A stretch of DNA of 64,000 nt from Dudresnaya verticillata (GCA_977862235.1 OZ374558.1:1984001-2048000); one strand, 5' to 3'. Numbered from the stretch's first letter, positions 1 through 12,346 are shown. Notes: generated by a model from the sequence alone, not told the origin. Translations and numbers: made by a program.

Positions 1-276
1 TTGTTGTCTCACCTGACCCGTGGCAGCGCCGGTAGGTAACTCGTATGCCTCTTTTGACAATCTAGCTTCCACAATATTCTTGCTTTCAATGACATGGTTT
101 TTTTCAATCGGCTTCAAATCGCGGTTTTGATTTTCATGACGCTTGTCCCCGGAAACATTGATACCCCCAATCTTCAGGTCCTTCATTCTGACTGAGACGA
201 AGATATTCTGGCCCGAGTTTCGTCCAGCTACAATGGTGCGAAGGGAAGTTTTTTGTTGAGAAAATGCTTGTCCCAT
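1..276 (-). CDS. Casein kinase 1-like protein kinase, copy 1 (5' part only; kinase domain lies left of the window)
   Basis: Matches 14594..14869 at offset 14,593, the N-terminal part of the complete CK1-like ORF. ATG of MGQAFS is at 276. Confidence 0.8.
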   Translation of the reverse strand, partial: MGQAFSQQKTSLRTIVAGRNSGQNIFVSVRMKDLKIGGINVSGDKRHENQNRDLKPIEKNHVIESKNIVEARLSKEAYELPTGAATGQVRQQ

Positions 277-1223
277 ATTTGCGTTCTGATTTGAATACTC
301 TGTGGCTCGAATGCTGTTCCGAAACGTTGCGGAAGAAAGCTTTGATAAGCACTTATTGACGGGGTGTTCTTTGGAGAGCTTGTTTTTCTCAAGAAAGTTT
401 ATGTATAAAATGAACTCTAGCGTCATTACGGCACGGCCCAAACCTTTTTTCCTTTTTTTCTATATTTGTGACAGCACTTGGGAATCACACCTACAGTGGC
501 AATAAACTTTATTGGGAGCATGGTACCATCATTGCAGGCATCACAGAAGTCACGAAAAGATTACTCGGTCTTGGAACGCGTTTGCCACGTCACACACAAG
601 CATCCAACAGTATACTCACAGAATATGTAGGATGTGCTCGACCTGGGTAGACAGCATTTAGCACATTATCGATAAAATGAAGTCGGCAGATAGTTAGACG
701 TGAACACGAGCAGTTGTTCTTCAACGTAAATTCCGGAGTGTAACCCTTTCTTAATTGTGTCCATAAAGAGAAGGCCTTTTTTGTCAACTAATGTCCCACC
801 CAAACGACAAGGGTTGCTGTAGCCGTTGTTCTATAATGAAGGATGACAAATACTTTCTTTACAGCAACAAGTTTCCCATGGCGGACATCTCGGCCATGTT
901 TTCTACGACATGGGTTTATTCGCGCAGTTGCAGAACGCCTCCACGTCGTATCTTTATTACGGCATTTTAATGCAACAACCTTTTTGTTTCAGCGCTGTCG
1001 CACACTCAGCGCATTTTTTGTGCCGTCCTCCTATTCTATTGCCTACGATATTCGCAAGTAGCGTAGCCATATCCAACCGTTGTGAAAAAGAAGCCATGTC
1101 GAATTGCCGACTCCTTCCATTTTTAGTATTATTTTTAACGCAGTCGTACCTGATTCGTCCAGTCGCCTCATTCGCATCGCCGATTGGCCGTGCGCGATTT
1201 GATCCCAGATATTTTGTACAGAG

Positions 1224-1700
1224 AGAGAGAGACCTTTATTAAACAACAAGAGAGAAGCCCCTTAAGGGGGCTTAGGATTCAGAGCTACCATAAAGAGGCG
1301 GAGGAGCAAGCTTGCGGCGGTTGACACTCACCGCCACGCATTGGAGAACTAAAGAGAGTAAACGAGTAGTGAGGCGAAGTTTCTCCGTAGACGGAGAGGT
1401 CCCGCGCTTGCTGGCAATGAAATTAGCAATACGTTGGGCGCCAACTTCAAAGCCAGATCCAACACGGCCATAGACATCTACAACCATAGGATGGATAACC
1501 ATATCCAAACTAGCGCACACGCGGCGGTAATGAGAGCGTTTGACACGTTCGCGAGCTGCAATGGCTTGGCCAGCAACGCGACCAGTGGAACCATGAATAG
1601 AATGGGGACTGACGACCGAGACATCAAATCCATGGGGGTGAGGGGCAAAGCCACGATCATCAACGAAAATATCCATACGCAGTTGGTCACGTGGATCAAC
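1224..1700 (-). mobile_element. 5'-truncated CRE-like non-LTR retrotransposon (restriction-like endonuclease domain + 3' UTR), copy a
   Basis: RDQLRMDIFVDD..FDVSVVSPH..KRSHYRR..HPMVVDVYG aligns with the C-terminus of the 36359..38641 element. It shares that element's 3' hairpin and ataaaggtctc end. Confidence 0.9.
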
Positions 1701-1799
1701 AGTATTATTTTTAACGCAGTCGTACCTGATTCGCCCAGTCGCCTCATTCTCATCGCCGATTGGCCGTGCGCGATTTGATCCCAGATATTTTGTACAGAG

Positions 1800-2276
1800 A
1801 GAGAGAGACCTTTATTAAACAACAAGAGAGAAGCCCCTTAAGGGGGCTTAGGATTCAGAGCTACCATAAAGAGGCGGAGGAGCAAGCTTGCGGCGGTTGA
1901 CACTCACCGCCACGCATTGGAGAACTAAAGAGAGTAAACGAGTAGTGAGGCGAAGTTTCTCCGTAGACGGAGAGGTCCCGCGCTTGCTGGCAATGAAATT
2001 AGCAATACGTTGGGCGCCAACTTCAAAGCCAGATCCAACACGGCCATAGACATCTACAACCATAGGATGGATAACCATATCCAAACTAGCGCACACGCGG
2101 CGGTAATGAGAGCGTTTGACACGTTCGCGAGCTGCAATGGCTTGGCCAGCAACGCGACCAGTGGAACCATGAATAGAATGGGGACTGACGACCGAGACAT
2201 CAAATCCATGGGGGTGAGGGGCAAAGCCACGATCATCAACGAAAATATCCATACGCAGTTGGTCACGTGGATCAAC
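1800..2276 (-). mobile_element. 5'-truncated CRE-like non-LTR fragment, copy b
   Basis: Identical to 1224..1700 at +576. Confidence 0.9.
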
Positions 2277-3339
2277 AGTATTATTTTTAACGCAGTCGTA
2301 CCTGATTCGCCCAGTCGCCTCATTCTCATCGCCGATTGGCCGTGCGCGATTTGATCCCAGATATTTTGTACAGAGCGCGGAGCGACGCCGAGCGGCAATC
2401 GCTCCAATCACCTCCATCCCGGCCGTGATACCTCCTCAGCCCACAAGTCCCACTACCGCCTTCGTCAACCTCGTGTTCTCGTCCGAGTCGCGCCAGCGCC
2501 CTTTTCAGACAGCGACGAAAAGAGCACGTGCCCTTGAATCGAGCGTGTGATCAAGCGTCAACCGGGAGGCGGAATCGGCGCGCGTGGGGAATAGCAGGGA
2601 GGCGACAACCGCGGCAGCCATGGAGTCACCGTCGTTGTGCGGGAGGTTGAACGAACTTGCTCTGCGAAACAAATATGTAACGGTGAGCTGAGCAAGGCAC
2701 CGCCTGGTTGTGAAGATCTCGCCACCGCCAGGAGAGGGTGCCGTTGGTGAGGCCGAGTTTCTCCTGTTCCATCGGACTCAATAGTCTGGCCCGACCACAT
2801 GCGACAAGTGGAAGCGGCCTGCCAATGACATTGCTTCGTGTTTTACGTCTAATACCACTCTGTATGGGACATAAAGGACCGTTGTGGGCGGAGAATGAGA
2901 GAGGCATAACATAAGCGGTTCTACCGTGCAATACTCTTCTCGAGATTTGCCTACATGACGAATCAGTTTTTGTTTTTCTACTGCAACGAGTCCAGAAAGT
3001 GTGAGATCATGGACCTTGACGTGATCACATGGCGTTTCGATGACGATGATACCTAAGAGAGCGCGTCTTGTCAACGACGTTCCTGGGTTTATGCTCCAAG
3101 GCGTATGGTAACGAAGGTAATGCTCGCCTGTTACTGCGCACGCGGGATACAAGTAGAGGCACGCACCTCCCACCACCCAACAACCAAGATGACCGATCAG
3201 AATCACCCCACCAAACACAGCCGTCTATCGACAGGGGCCGAACAAAATCGAACTTCTTGGATCCGCGCAACCTAGTCGCTGAGATGCACCAAACCTTGTT
3301 CATCATGACCGATGCTACAAATCCGGACAAAAGGATGCA

Positions 3340-3403
3340 GTTTCTCGAAGCAGTCGTTTCTCGAAGCAGGCGTTTCTCGAAGCAGGCGTTTCTCAAAGCA
3401 GGC
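3340..3403. repeat. 17-bp tandem repeat (gtttctcgaagcaggc-like, about 4 copies)
   Basis: Seen directly; duplicated at 17357..17420. Confidence 0.85.
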
Positions 3404-4543
3404 TAGACGGAGCTAGCGCAGGGAAAGCTCCAGTATTACCGCTATCTCGAAGACCACCTCCCGGTACATATACATTTCGATATGGCCGAAATGTGCATCC
3501 CACAAAGTGTGATCCTGGCGCCCCTCCTGTGCAGAGGGAGGGGCTTTTTCGTCGATCCGGCGCGGAGAGAGAGGAATACAGCTGCTCACGATTTGGTGCA
3601 GATTACAATCGCGCTGCAGAAGCAATACGGTCGCGGACATTGTTCGCAAAGACACATCCTCGTTCTGCGTCGAGAAGAATATAATGAAGAAGGCGTTGGC
3701 TTCTTGGTAGGAAGGCTGCAAGACGTGTGGCTCTATCCCGTAGATCCGTTGAGGGATTGTGCGCTGGGTCCGACACGCCACTGTCGCACCTTACGCCCCG
3801 GCTTCGGTGGGGTTGGGCGGCGAGGCGCAGCACATGCGCCGTCCCGCAATGGGCACATTTGGTTGGACGTATGGTGCGACAGGTGTCCTAACAGGAAGCT
3901 CTGCACCGTTTGATTGGCTCAAGTTCGAAGCACGTCGTCTTCCGAACCGCCTCCGTCGCTCAGCACGCATTGACACGCATTGCCACTGCAGGTGCGCAGC
4001 AGCATTGCATTCCACTGCATTCCAGCTATGCCACATTTCAGCACTACGTCTTCAAATTGCGTACAAACGTGCACTGTAGCACATCCGTACCTCCCCCACA
4101 TTGATCCTCCGCCATGACGTGATTCTGTTCCTAACATCGCGATTTCCCGCTCCAAAACCGCCGCGCTGTCGCCGAGGTCACCGCCGACACCGTTCACCGC
4201 CAATCGCGGGAGCGTCTTCGTCCAAACCCTACTCCCGCCCGCTACAGGCGCCATTCCCGCGTGTCACGCCCACCCGGCCGTCGCATCCGCCCCCACCATT
4301 CTCTCGTCACGCCCACCCGCGCCAAGACCGCGAAAAAAACCGCCCGCAACTTATAATGCCCGGTCCCCCCTGCTCCGCCTCACCACACCCCTCGCCTCCC
4401 TTCCAAGTTTCAAGCACATCCCCCACCGTCTTCGAACGCTCGTACACACCCGCACAACCGTTGCCAGCCCTCTCTCTCTGTCCCCTCATCTCTCCCCGCC
4501 GCTGCCTCGAACCTGCCCTCCACCTCGCAACGGCAACCTCACC

Positions 4544-5434
4544 ATGAACTTCCAGCACAACGACCCGCCGCTTCCGTCCTCCTCCGCCCCGGCCCCGGCC
4601 CTGGCCTCTACCTCGTCCCCGACCTCGGCCCCGGCCTCCGCCTCGGCCTCGGCCCCGGCCTCGGCCCCGGCCTCTGCTGCCGACCAGATCCACATCCAGC
4701 TGGGCAGGATCGATGCCCCGATGCCCCGAAGAGAGCCAAGGCCAGTCGTGCCAGCCCGCACCTCCCCGCCGAGAAGGGCAAGGCAGAGTTGGCCGCAGCA
4801 ATCGCCGCCAATTATCAGGATCCGGGCCGCAACGTCAAGGATAGATTCAAGCGCACCGTCGCTGGGTGCAACAATTCCTTCCTGTCCAGGTACAACCTCA
4901 AAGCCCTACAGATGTACGGAGTGTGGTTGATGCGCGTGCGAGCTTGGTGAGCGTGGTTGATGCGCGTGCGAGCTTGGTGAGCGTGGTTGATGCGCGTGCG
5001 AGCACGCGCATCAACCAGACTCCGTACATCTGCAAGGAGACCAACTGCGGTAAGCGGTTCAAGTGGAAGAGCAGCTTGTTACATCATTGCAGGTCCCACG
5101 GCGTCAAGCGCCTCGCTCGCTTACAATCATGAGAGTCAGAGTCAGGGCGCGGCGAGCGCGGGCGCAGCTGCCGCGCATGCTGCAAAGCTGTCCTAGCAGC
5201 ACAACCCCGGTCACATCAACTCCGCTCACATCGCCATTGTCGATGGGCCGCGTGCAAGCGAGCCGGTCAACGCCACGGCCGCAGGCGTTCCATCTGGCAA
5301 TGCGCCGCGGGTCTGAATGGAGTGATCGGGTTTGGAGACCTGATGCGCCGGATCGTATGGGCGCTGATCAGCTTCCGGGTGAGCACGTGGAGAGTTTCAT
5401 GCAGGGTGACCTCATTCCTGGGCAGCATAACTAA
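4544..5434 (+). pseudogene. C2H2 zinc-finger protein pseudogene, copy 1
   Basis: ATG followed by an Ala/Ser/Pro-rich N-terminus. Finger remnants lie in three frames: FKRTVAGCNNSFLSRYNLKA, KPYRCTECG* and an intact PYICKETNCGKRFKWKSSLLHHCRSH. Confidence 0.75.
4923..5017. repeat. 30-bp unit in nearly 3 tandem copies, ending in a perfect 16-bp hairpin
   Basis: Unit gtggttgatgcgcgtgcgagcttggtgagc. 4984..4999 is the reverse complement of 5002..5017. Confidence 0.9.
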
Positions 5435-5689
5435 GAAGCAGATGCGGGAGGAGCTCAACAATTAACATTGTAGCACTAATCGACTGTAGATTAACTTGTC
5501 TCACCCCGTTTCGCTTCTCCCTGTTGTGAATACTCTTGTGGATATCTGCTTTTGTTTGTTTTGTAAATCTCACTGTGTTTGGAGCGCTAGCTGCGCTCGA
5601 TCTCGTGTATATCGCTTTACTCTTCTGTTGCCACTGGGAGCGCGGCCACTACCTCTGCGATCGGTGCGAGGACGAATCTCAGATGTTTG

Positions 5690-6200
5690 GTTGAGAACGA
5701 ATGGATTATGAATGGTCTATGACGCTTGCGTTGAGAGGGTTGGAGGTGGGCGGCATGCTCGCTCAAAAGTTCACGCTTCGTGTTAAAGCTTCGCTGGGTA
5801 AGGAGAGGGGGTTGGGGGCGGCGAATGGGAAGGTTCGTAAATGCCACCTCACTGCGAGCTTCCGCTCGCGGTTATCGGCAAGTCGGAGGGCGGAAGGCAG
5901 GGTATGCCTGGACAATACGGGTGCGCTTCGCGGGCTTGCCAGGGACGTTTACCATTCGGCTCAGATGGAGGCTGGAATGTCGGCATAGCGTGAGGGGCAG
6001 CGGAGGTATTCCTGGAGTATCGATAAGGGGAGCATATGGACAGCGTTGCGTTGATTGTTTGCTGTGTGTGCCGGCAGGCAGGCGGCAGTGGGCTTGCGCG
6101 AGCGCGCGAGTTTCCGCAGTCCTGCGGATAGCTTGTGTTGGATGGATACCGCGGTTTGCCCTTTGCCTCGGGGACCGGAAGGCTGGATCGTGGGAAAACG
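5690..6200 (-). mobile_element. Degraded LINE-like ORF2 C-terminal remnant (also ~19707..20217 and ~28822..29332)
   Basis: Minus frame EW*TSLASPRSAPVLSRHTLPSALRLADNRERKLAVRWHLRTFP aligns with the peptide of the 10926..11625 insertion, with in-frame stops. The LINE assignment is inferred. Confidence 0.45.
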
Positions 6201-6561
6201 TCTTTTTTTACGGCTAGCTCAGGCCAGGGCATTGGATGACTTGGAGTTTTGCAGAGTATCAGAAACTGGCGCGAAAAGTTTGCCGTGGAAACTCGAGAAC
6301 AAATTCGTCGGCCGCTTCCAGTCTTGACGAAACGCCCGCATGCTGGGAAAGTTTCTTAACACGTTTATGGGCCTTTCCGCCCATCTGCGTTGCTTTTCCG
6401 CACCCCTGCTACATCAACCTGCTACATTCGCCCACCGTTTTCTCTCTCATAGACCTCCTCTCCCTTTCCACGCAGCCTCCGCTCGAGTCGCACGTCAGTT
6501 GGCGTGTCAACCCATCGGTCCCAAACTGTTCCCAGCCTGCAACCACACCACCGCCGACAAG

Positions 6562-7449
6562 ATGAACTCCCTTGCAAAGGCCGGCCCTGGTCACCCACAA
6601 ACAACTGCGATCACCGGGGCTGGACCAAAGCCTCAGAAACGCCATTCCGCCAAGCCCAACAAGGAGACCTCGTATCTCGACAAAAGGGCATCGAGCAAGG
6701 TCTGTTCAGGCCAAACGGAGCTCACAGCACGGGTGCCCACTGCGCTTGAGCATTCTGATGCATCACGTGCTCAGAAGGATAGTGTGGTCAGTAATGAGGG
6801 CGGCAAACTTCAGCAAAAGCGTCGCTCTTGTAGAGAGGCATACAAACTTGCGGGCTTCCGTCTACCCGAGAAACGACTTCCGATGCCTGATCCGCTCCCT
6901 CTCAAGCCCGTTGTGCGTTTCGCAAAGCCCAGCAGCAAAACTCTGTGGTCCGTGATTCGAGACGACGAGTGCAAGTTGGAAGAGTTGTTCAAGCGACTTT
7001 CCAACCGTCCAGTCTACAACCCCGAAGCGCAAAGGCAGGTTCTCGACATCAGTAAGAAATGCTTCGACGCTGTGTCCCAACGCCGTGAAGTTATCAAAGG
7101 GGAGCTGAAGTCGTACCAAGAGAAGCTCGTGGTTGTCTGCGATCGGGAGACGAACGCAAACACAAGCGGTAACAAGAAGAGCTCGAATTCGTGGCAGGTA
7201 GTCGAGGAGCGATCATCTGCCACGAAAACCAAGAGGATCGAAGAGGACATTGGGCATCTCCAGAGGATTCTCCGGGAACAGGACGGATTGTACCACTCCA
7301 TTCGATACCAGCGTCGGGATGTAAAGCGCGAGATTGGAGTCGTTAAGGGAAGAATTTGGGATGCTTGCAAGAGGCATTGGAAAGCTCAAAATGCCTGGTT
7401 TCTCAATGAAAGGATCTTCAGCGCTCAGAGAAGCATGGGGAAGAAGTGA
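6562..7449 (+). CDS. Hypothetical basic, coiled-coil-rich protein (~295 aa from MNSLAK; ORF open from 6340), copy 1
   Basis: Long ORF retained in three copies, with a helical K/E/R-rich C-terminal half. No recognisable domain. Confidence 0.5.
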   Translation: MNSLAKAGPGHPQTTAITGAGPKPQKRHSAKPNKETSYLDKRASSKVCSGQTELTARVPTALEHSDASRAQKDSVVSNEGGKLQQKRRSCREAYKLAGFRLPEKRLPMPDPLPLKPVVRFAKPSSKTLWSVIRDDECKLEELFKRLSNRPVYNPEAQRQVLDISKKCFDAVSQRREVIKGELKSYQEKLVVVCDRETNANTSGNKKSSNSWQVVEERSSATKTKRIEEDIGHLQRILREQDGLYHSIRYQRRDVKREIGVVKGRIWDACKRHWKAQNAWFLNERIFSAQRSMGKK

Positions 7450-7659
7450 TGGCTTCGTTGTTGACCTCACAGATACTAAGCGGTTTAACAGTGATATCTG
7501 GATCAAGTCTCCAGTCGCTACCGGGATATTGTCCGGCACTTGGTGAGAAAGTTTGGATACTGTTTGTTTGTAGTACTACGCCATCAGGTTGCTCTTGTGA
7601 TTCCTTTCGTCGAAGCAGACGCACTCCAAACCAGCATGATTAAACTAATACTAAGGTAC

Positions 7660-8172
7660 CACTCCTGTCGGTATCCGCACTAAATCTCGAGCGGCACGTT
7701 ACCCATGCCCATATACTAACGAACTCGGCAGTCTTTCCCCTCCAACAATAACCGCAACCGCTCCTGCCCGCTCGGAGCACAACACTGCCGAACTCCGGCG
7801 TGACCTCCGTCATCTCCGCCGCTTATCATTTCTATCTACTGAGGCTAAGCGCGACCAACTATGCATGGAAGTCTATTTTGACGATCCAGCCTTTGCAAAT
7901 CGCGCCTGTCCCAAGGCTTTGAAGTCTCTATGGTCAGTCTCCGTTCTCCCCACCTTCGCTCAGCTCGCTCCTCCCTAGGGCGCTATTGCGTTACGGGAAA
8001 AAGGCGAAACGCATACACTATCGCCTGTTATGTCCCCACAATGACATCGACTTTCATCCTATGGCCATGGATACCTACGCCTTCATTTTCTCTGGTATTC
8101 CACTGTCGTGCCCAACGGATCGCCAACTTCAAGCCGACCAAAAAGGGCACTTCTCTGATGAATACAGTTAAC
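7660..8172 (+). mobile_element. Older, frameshifted CRE-like RLE remnant (also ~21677..22189 and ~30792..31303)
   Basis: RDQLCMEVYFDDPAFA, KRIHYRLLCPHNDIDFHPMAMDTY and RAQRIANF..KGTS in shifting frames match the RLE domain at ~38170..38490. The 3' end is lost at the junction with module B. Confidence 0.8.
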
Positions 8173-9146
8173 TTTGGCCTCGTTCGTTCATCGATTTCAA
8201 GTCTTCCACGACGTAAACCGCTAACCGTAAGACGTAAAACGTAAGGCGCAAACCGTAAACATAGACTGTTCACAACAGAGAGCGAGGGCTTTCAGACCGG
8301 ATCTTGCTTTCAGACGACCTTCTGGAGAAGGTTGTCCATGCTGTAGCACCATCAATCTTCGTTGTCCTAGGGGCTGTCTGGGCGTCGTGTGCACAGACAA
8401 GAATGCTACGAGAGGCTATGCGCAAGGCCACTTTTCTGTTTGTAGCACAGCGGACAGCGGACATTGCGCAAAGAAGGATAAAAGTACGTAATTTGCATAC
8501 AGTGGCACATCAACGCTTTGGGTATCTGGTACCGTCGCCGTACCGTCGTGGTCTCGTCATGGTCCCGTCGTGGTCTCGTCATGGTCCCGCCATGGTCCCG
8601 CCATGGTACACCGCCATGGTACCGTCGTCGCCCCGTCGTCGCCCCGTCGTCGCCCCGTCGTCGCCCCTTCATCGTCCAATCGTCGTCCCGTCGTCGTCGC
8701 GTCGTCGTCTCGTCGTCATTCAATCGTGGTCCACTCGTCGTCCAGTCGGCAGTGATGGCCATAGCGGCGTTTTACAGCGTTAACGGCGACGAGCACTCTG
8801 AATGTTTCTCTTCTCTGACACCGGCACGGCTGAAAGTGCCTCAATGGAGTGGAAAAGCCTCGAAAAGACGAAATGGCGTGCGTCTTGGCACCGAAACGGC
8901 CCGGCGTCTAGGCCCGTCGATGTCCAGCCGTTCTGTGTGTACTTGAGCGTACACGACCCGACTGACTTCAACCGACTGTGTATCCCATCAGCCACCACGA
9001 TGAACACGTCCGCTCAACCACCTGGGATCTAGCACTGGAACAGGCTGCGGCAGGTTGTACAGCGTGTTACACGCGTTGACTGCGCAATTGACAGCGCAGC
9101 TGATGGCACATGGCAACGCTGGCGACGCAGCTGACGGCGCTCTTGC
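8173..9146. repeat. Module B: (taaaccg)-like heptamers, conserved ~270-bp block, (cgt)-rich minisatellite and gcagctga-type 12-mers, copy 1
   Basis: Recurs at 22190..23163, ~31304..32659, ~32660..33688 and, diverged, at ~49560..51045, with variable minisatellite length. Confidence 0.85.
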
Positions 9147-12100
9147 CACTACGCTCTGCACAACTTGGTAACGTCACCAAGGCGATGAAGCACACATCTC
9201 GGGTTCTCTATGTGAGGTTTCGTCACTTCTCCGGTGTCACAAAATGGAACCGGCAAAATATGTTTGCAATGTTGTGGAGTGAGCGTCTAGCTACCAAACT
9301 GCTGTGTATGCAAGAGCACTCTGTGTTGACTGGTACGCCTTAAACCTGCACGCGGTTCGTTCCCAAGGAATGCCAAACTCTGGTACCAGCACATTCGACA
9401 GCTCAAGAGCCAGGGCCCTTATGCGATGCGAGGGGTTCATACTGTTATACTCTCACGCTGCGCTTAGCTTATGAGGCCTTCCGTGATCAGTCAAGACTCG
9501 CATGGTCTCATCTTTTGTAGCGCGTCAATGCATTGTTCATGTGGACAGTTTTCAAATGGACATTGTTCACATGGAAATAGGGGCAGGGCTTCTACCAGCC
9601 AAATAAACCGCTAATATTGGAACCCCATTGTTCCATCTCTTTCAAGATTGCATAGTCCTATCCATCTCATCGACCTCAGCGACCTGAAGAACGTAAATAT
9701 TGTGTTGCATCGATTAGAGGTCCTCGTTTCAATATTATTTCAATTCGTGACCCGCTCTGTGCACACCCACATACCTCAGGATATAGCCAACTTTCAAACA
9801 TAGATATTGGATATCACAATACCACTTACTAATACTTTCATGCCCCATTGCGCCGACCACGTGCCAGGGTGCCAATTGCCAAAGGTCAAACATACAATAG
9901 CTGCAGCTGGCGGACGATCTGAGTTAAACAAGGCACGCAACTGCATGACGAACTGGCGACGTTGCTGTCTCCTGAGCCCTACGCCCACTACGTTCTACGG
10001 TTGCGCGAGGATGGCCCCAGCCAGATGAATAGCGATACGCTTCGGGAGTTGCTCTACATACAAATCTTCTAGGATCTAGACCACCTCTGAACCGAAGCTG
10101 AGAGTCATATGCAGAAACGCGCTCCATGTTGCAGATCGCGCAGATCCCATACTCGGCCATGAGAGCGGAATCTTAAGTATGGCACAACGTTTGAACGCAT
10201 GACGGCGACGGCGATGATATATTTAGAATCGAACGGATCCCGTTTTCCGCTTGTGGCACAGTGCTCTCCGCAATGTTGCAGCGAAGAATGTGCTGCCGGA
10301 TATCTTTCGAAAACGGAGTAGTTTTGTGGAACTTTCCGGCAGCGTCACAATTTCCTAAGACACGGCCAAAAGTAAATCAGAAATTCGTCTTGTACCCTGT
10401 TCTAGCACATCATGTAAGTTTGGGGACGGTGCAGTGCCGCAAGCTGGAAACATGACGAGCGGCGCATTGCGTGAGCGAAAATGTGAGCATTGTCGGGACG
10501 TGCGAGATGAGACGAGCCTCGCATGACCGCGCCGCCAGTACCTTCGAAGGTACACCGCACCTCAACGGGATGCTTTCCTGAGATATGCAAGCCTTGTCGT
10601 CCTTATCGCGTTGAAGGCCCACAGTGGCATTCACATGCAGTCCAGTTTTCAACCTGTCTAATAGGCACTGTCAGGTCGTTCACAGAGCAAGGAGCCACCA
10701 TGAAGATGGAACAGTGTGTGAGAACGTCGCCCTGCATGATTCAAACCACCCATAGTTCGTGAAAGAGCACGAGCGTGGCAACTTATAGAAGGAGGGGCGT
10801 TGGGTCTTCGCCAAGGTGGTGATGAATCGAACGCTACGCTGTGACTCTACCGCAGAGCCCCAAGAATATTCTTCGGTATGTTTTTCTGGTGCACGTTGTA
10901 TTCTAAACGTACCAAAAACCGAACAATTCCGCTTGTTCATATCGCAACGCACGCCCCACATGCCCAGCTCGCGTCTCAAGAAGCTTGGAGCTCTGTTCCG
11001 CATCGTCCCGCCGCTTCTGCGCCAGCGTATTCTACAAAGCAAGTTCGTGTCTTCCCTCCGCCGCACTGCGCGCTCCACACACCTCCCGGCATCATGGCAC
11101 GCTCGGCAAACTCTACTCGCTCTCCCGAAGCTCCGAAACCCGATTCTGAGCAACGCGATCCAGAACCCGACGACCCCATCCACCCTGCATACTGACTGCG
11201 TTTCCCAATGGCGCTCTGCATTTCCCGGTCCGCGCAAAGCCCCAGTCCCCACCACATCACGCTTTGCCCCGGCGCTGCTACTCCCTGACCACCGTGACCG
11301 CCTGCTTGCTATCAGATGGCACTTATGCACCTTCCCAATCCCACCCCGTTGCCCCTCCTCTTGTAGGGCGCTACGCGCCCATGCCCCCGAGCTCACGAAG
11401 CTCTCGCACGACGCCCTCCAGCCCTCGGACATCCGCTCAGTCTCATTATCGATTGCTGCGATCCGTGACCTATGCTCAGTGGACCACCCTCCCCCGTTCT
11501 CCTTGTCACCCCCGTAACCACCTGCCCGCCCTTTATTGATACCTTGGACCCTAGGGCCGGTGCGCCTGCAAATGGGCCTTTGTTGCCTGCGCAGGACCAC
11601 CTAAAACAAAAAACATGAATCATCACTGCCGTTCGCATTATCCTTGATAGGAAATCCCGGCGCCCTGGAGGTGAGCAGGTTGGTTGACACAGCTGAGGAT
11701 CGAGCAGGTTGAAATGTGTTTCGCTCAAAGAAGACCGGTACAAGCAGCCTTCAAAGACCGGTTTTGTCCGGGAAGCGGCAGCGGTTCTGGACGGCGTGAC
11801 CTTTGTTACATATTAAAGGCCGTCCCCTCTTCAACCTTGTACGGTCGGCGTGTAGTGGGTAATACAACCACATCTCTATGTCGACGTTGCTCACCGAACA
11901 CCTTCTTCATCATTCGAACACCATAGCCGTACAGAGCTTTGCACGAGCCGTCGAAACAGAATTGCACGGATCGCCTGTCGAAGAATCAAGAACGGCACCT
12001 ACTTCGAATTCCATTCCTTCTGTCTATATCAACTGAACCTCGCTAGTCGACATGAAAGCATAGGTAAGATATGTTTTTATAATTGCTCTCCACATCATCA

Positions 12101-12346
12101 TGACGCCGTATAACGGTCTAGTACAGTTAGAATTAGACTTTCTGCATCGTTCCTTCCTCCTGAATTCTGTAACAGAGTGTTTGCCAATCGTGGAATGGGC
12201 CTGGTTGGTCCTCCGAACCTGCTGGAGATCCCTACAAAACCTAAATAGAGCTCTACTAATATCAACGCAACGTGGCTGAGCAAGCTGTTAAAGAGTCCAC
12301 CCTTCCGCTGCCGAAACACCCTCGACAACGGATGGGCTTCCTACTT
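9147..12346. repeat. Module M (~2.68-kb unidentified repeat), copy 1, with a 700-bp insertion
   Basis: The same short ORFs (e.g. MDITIPLTNTFMPHCADH) recur at 9807, 12393, 23824, 26506 and 45098; a frameshifted version lies near 34.35 kb. Confidence 0.9.
10926..11625 (+). mobile_element. 700-bp insertion, probably the 3' end of a 5'-truncated LINE
   Basis: Absent from the other M copies (empty site gaaca|ctgcc). Open frame (LKKLGALFRIVPPLLRQRIL...LAIRWHLCTFP) to a stop at 11517, then a short GC-rich UTR and an A-rich tail (ctaaaacaaaaaac). No clean TSD. Confidence 0.6.

Larger units (their letters stand above)
1125..2375. repeat. 576-bp tandem duplication (99-bp flank + 477-bp retroelement fragment, twice, plus a third flank)
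   Basis: The 99-bp block agtattattt...tgtacagag occurs at 1125, 1701 and 2277. The intervening 477 bp are identical. Confidence 0.95.

Noticed and set aside
2640..3920. Several 100-146 aa ORFs between the RLE fragment and the ZF pseudogene
   Set aside because: No recognisable motif; possibly a decayed gene, but unsupported.
4307..4801. Minus-strand RG-repeat ORF (GRGRGRG)
   Set aside because: Antisense shadow of the Ala/Ser/Pro low-complexity N-terminus of the ZF pseudogene.
10680..11600. 306-aa minus-strand ORF
   Set aside because: Antisense to the frame that looks like real coding sequence and crosses the insertion boundary.
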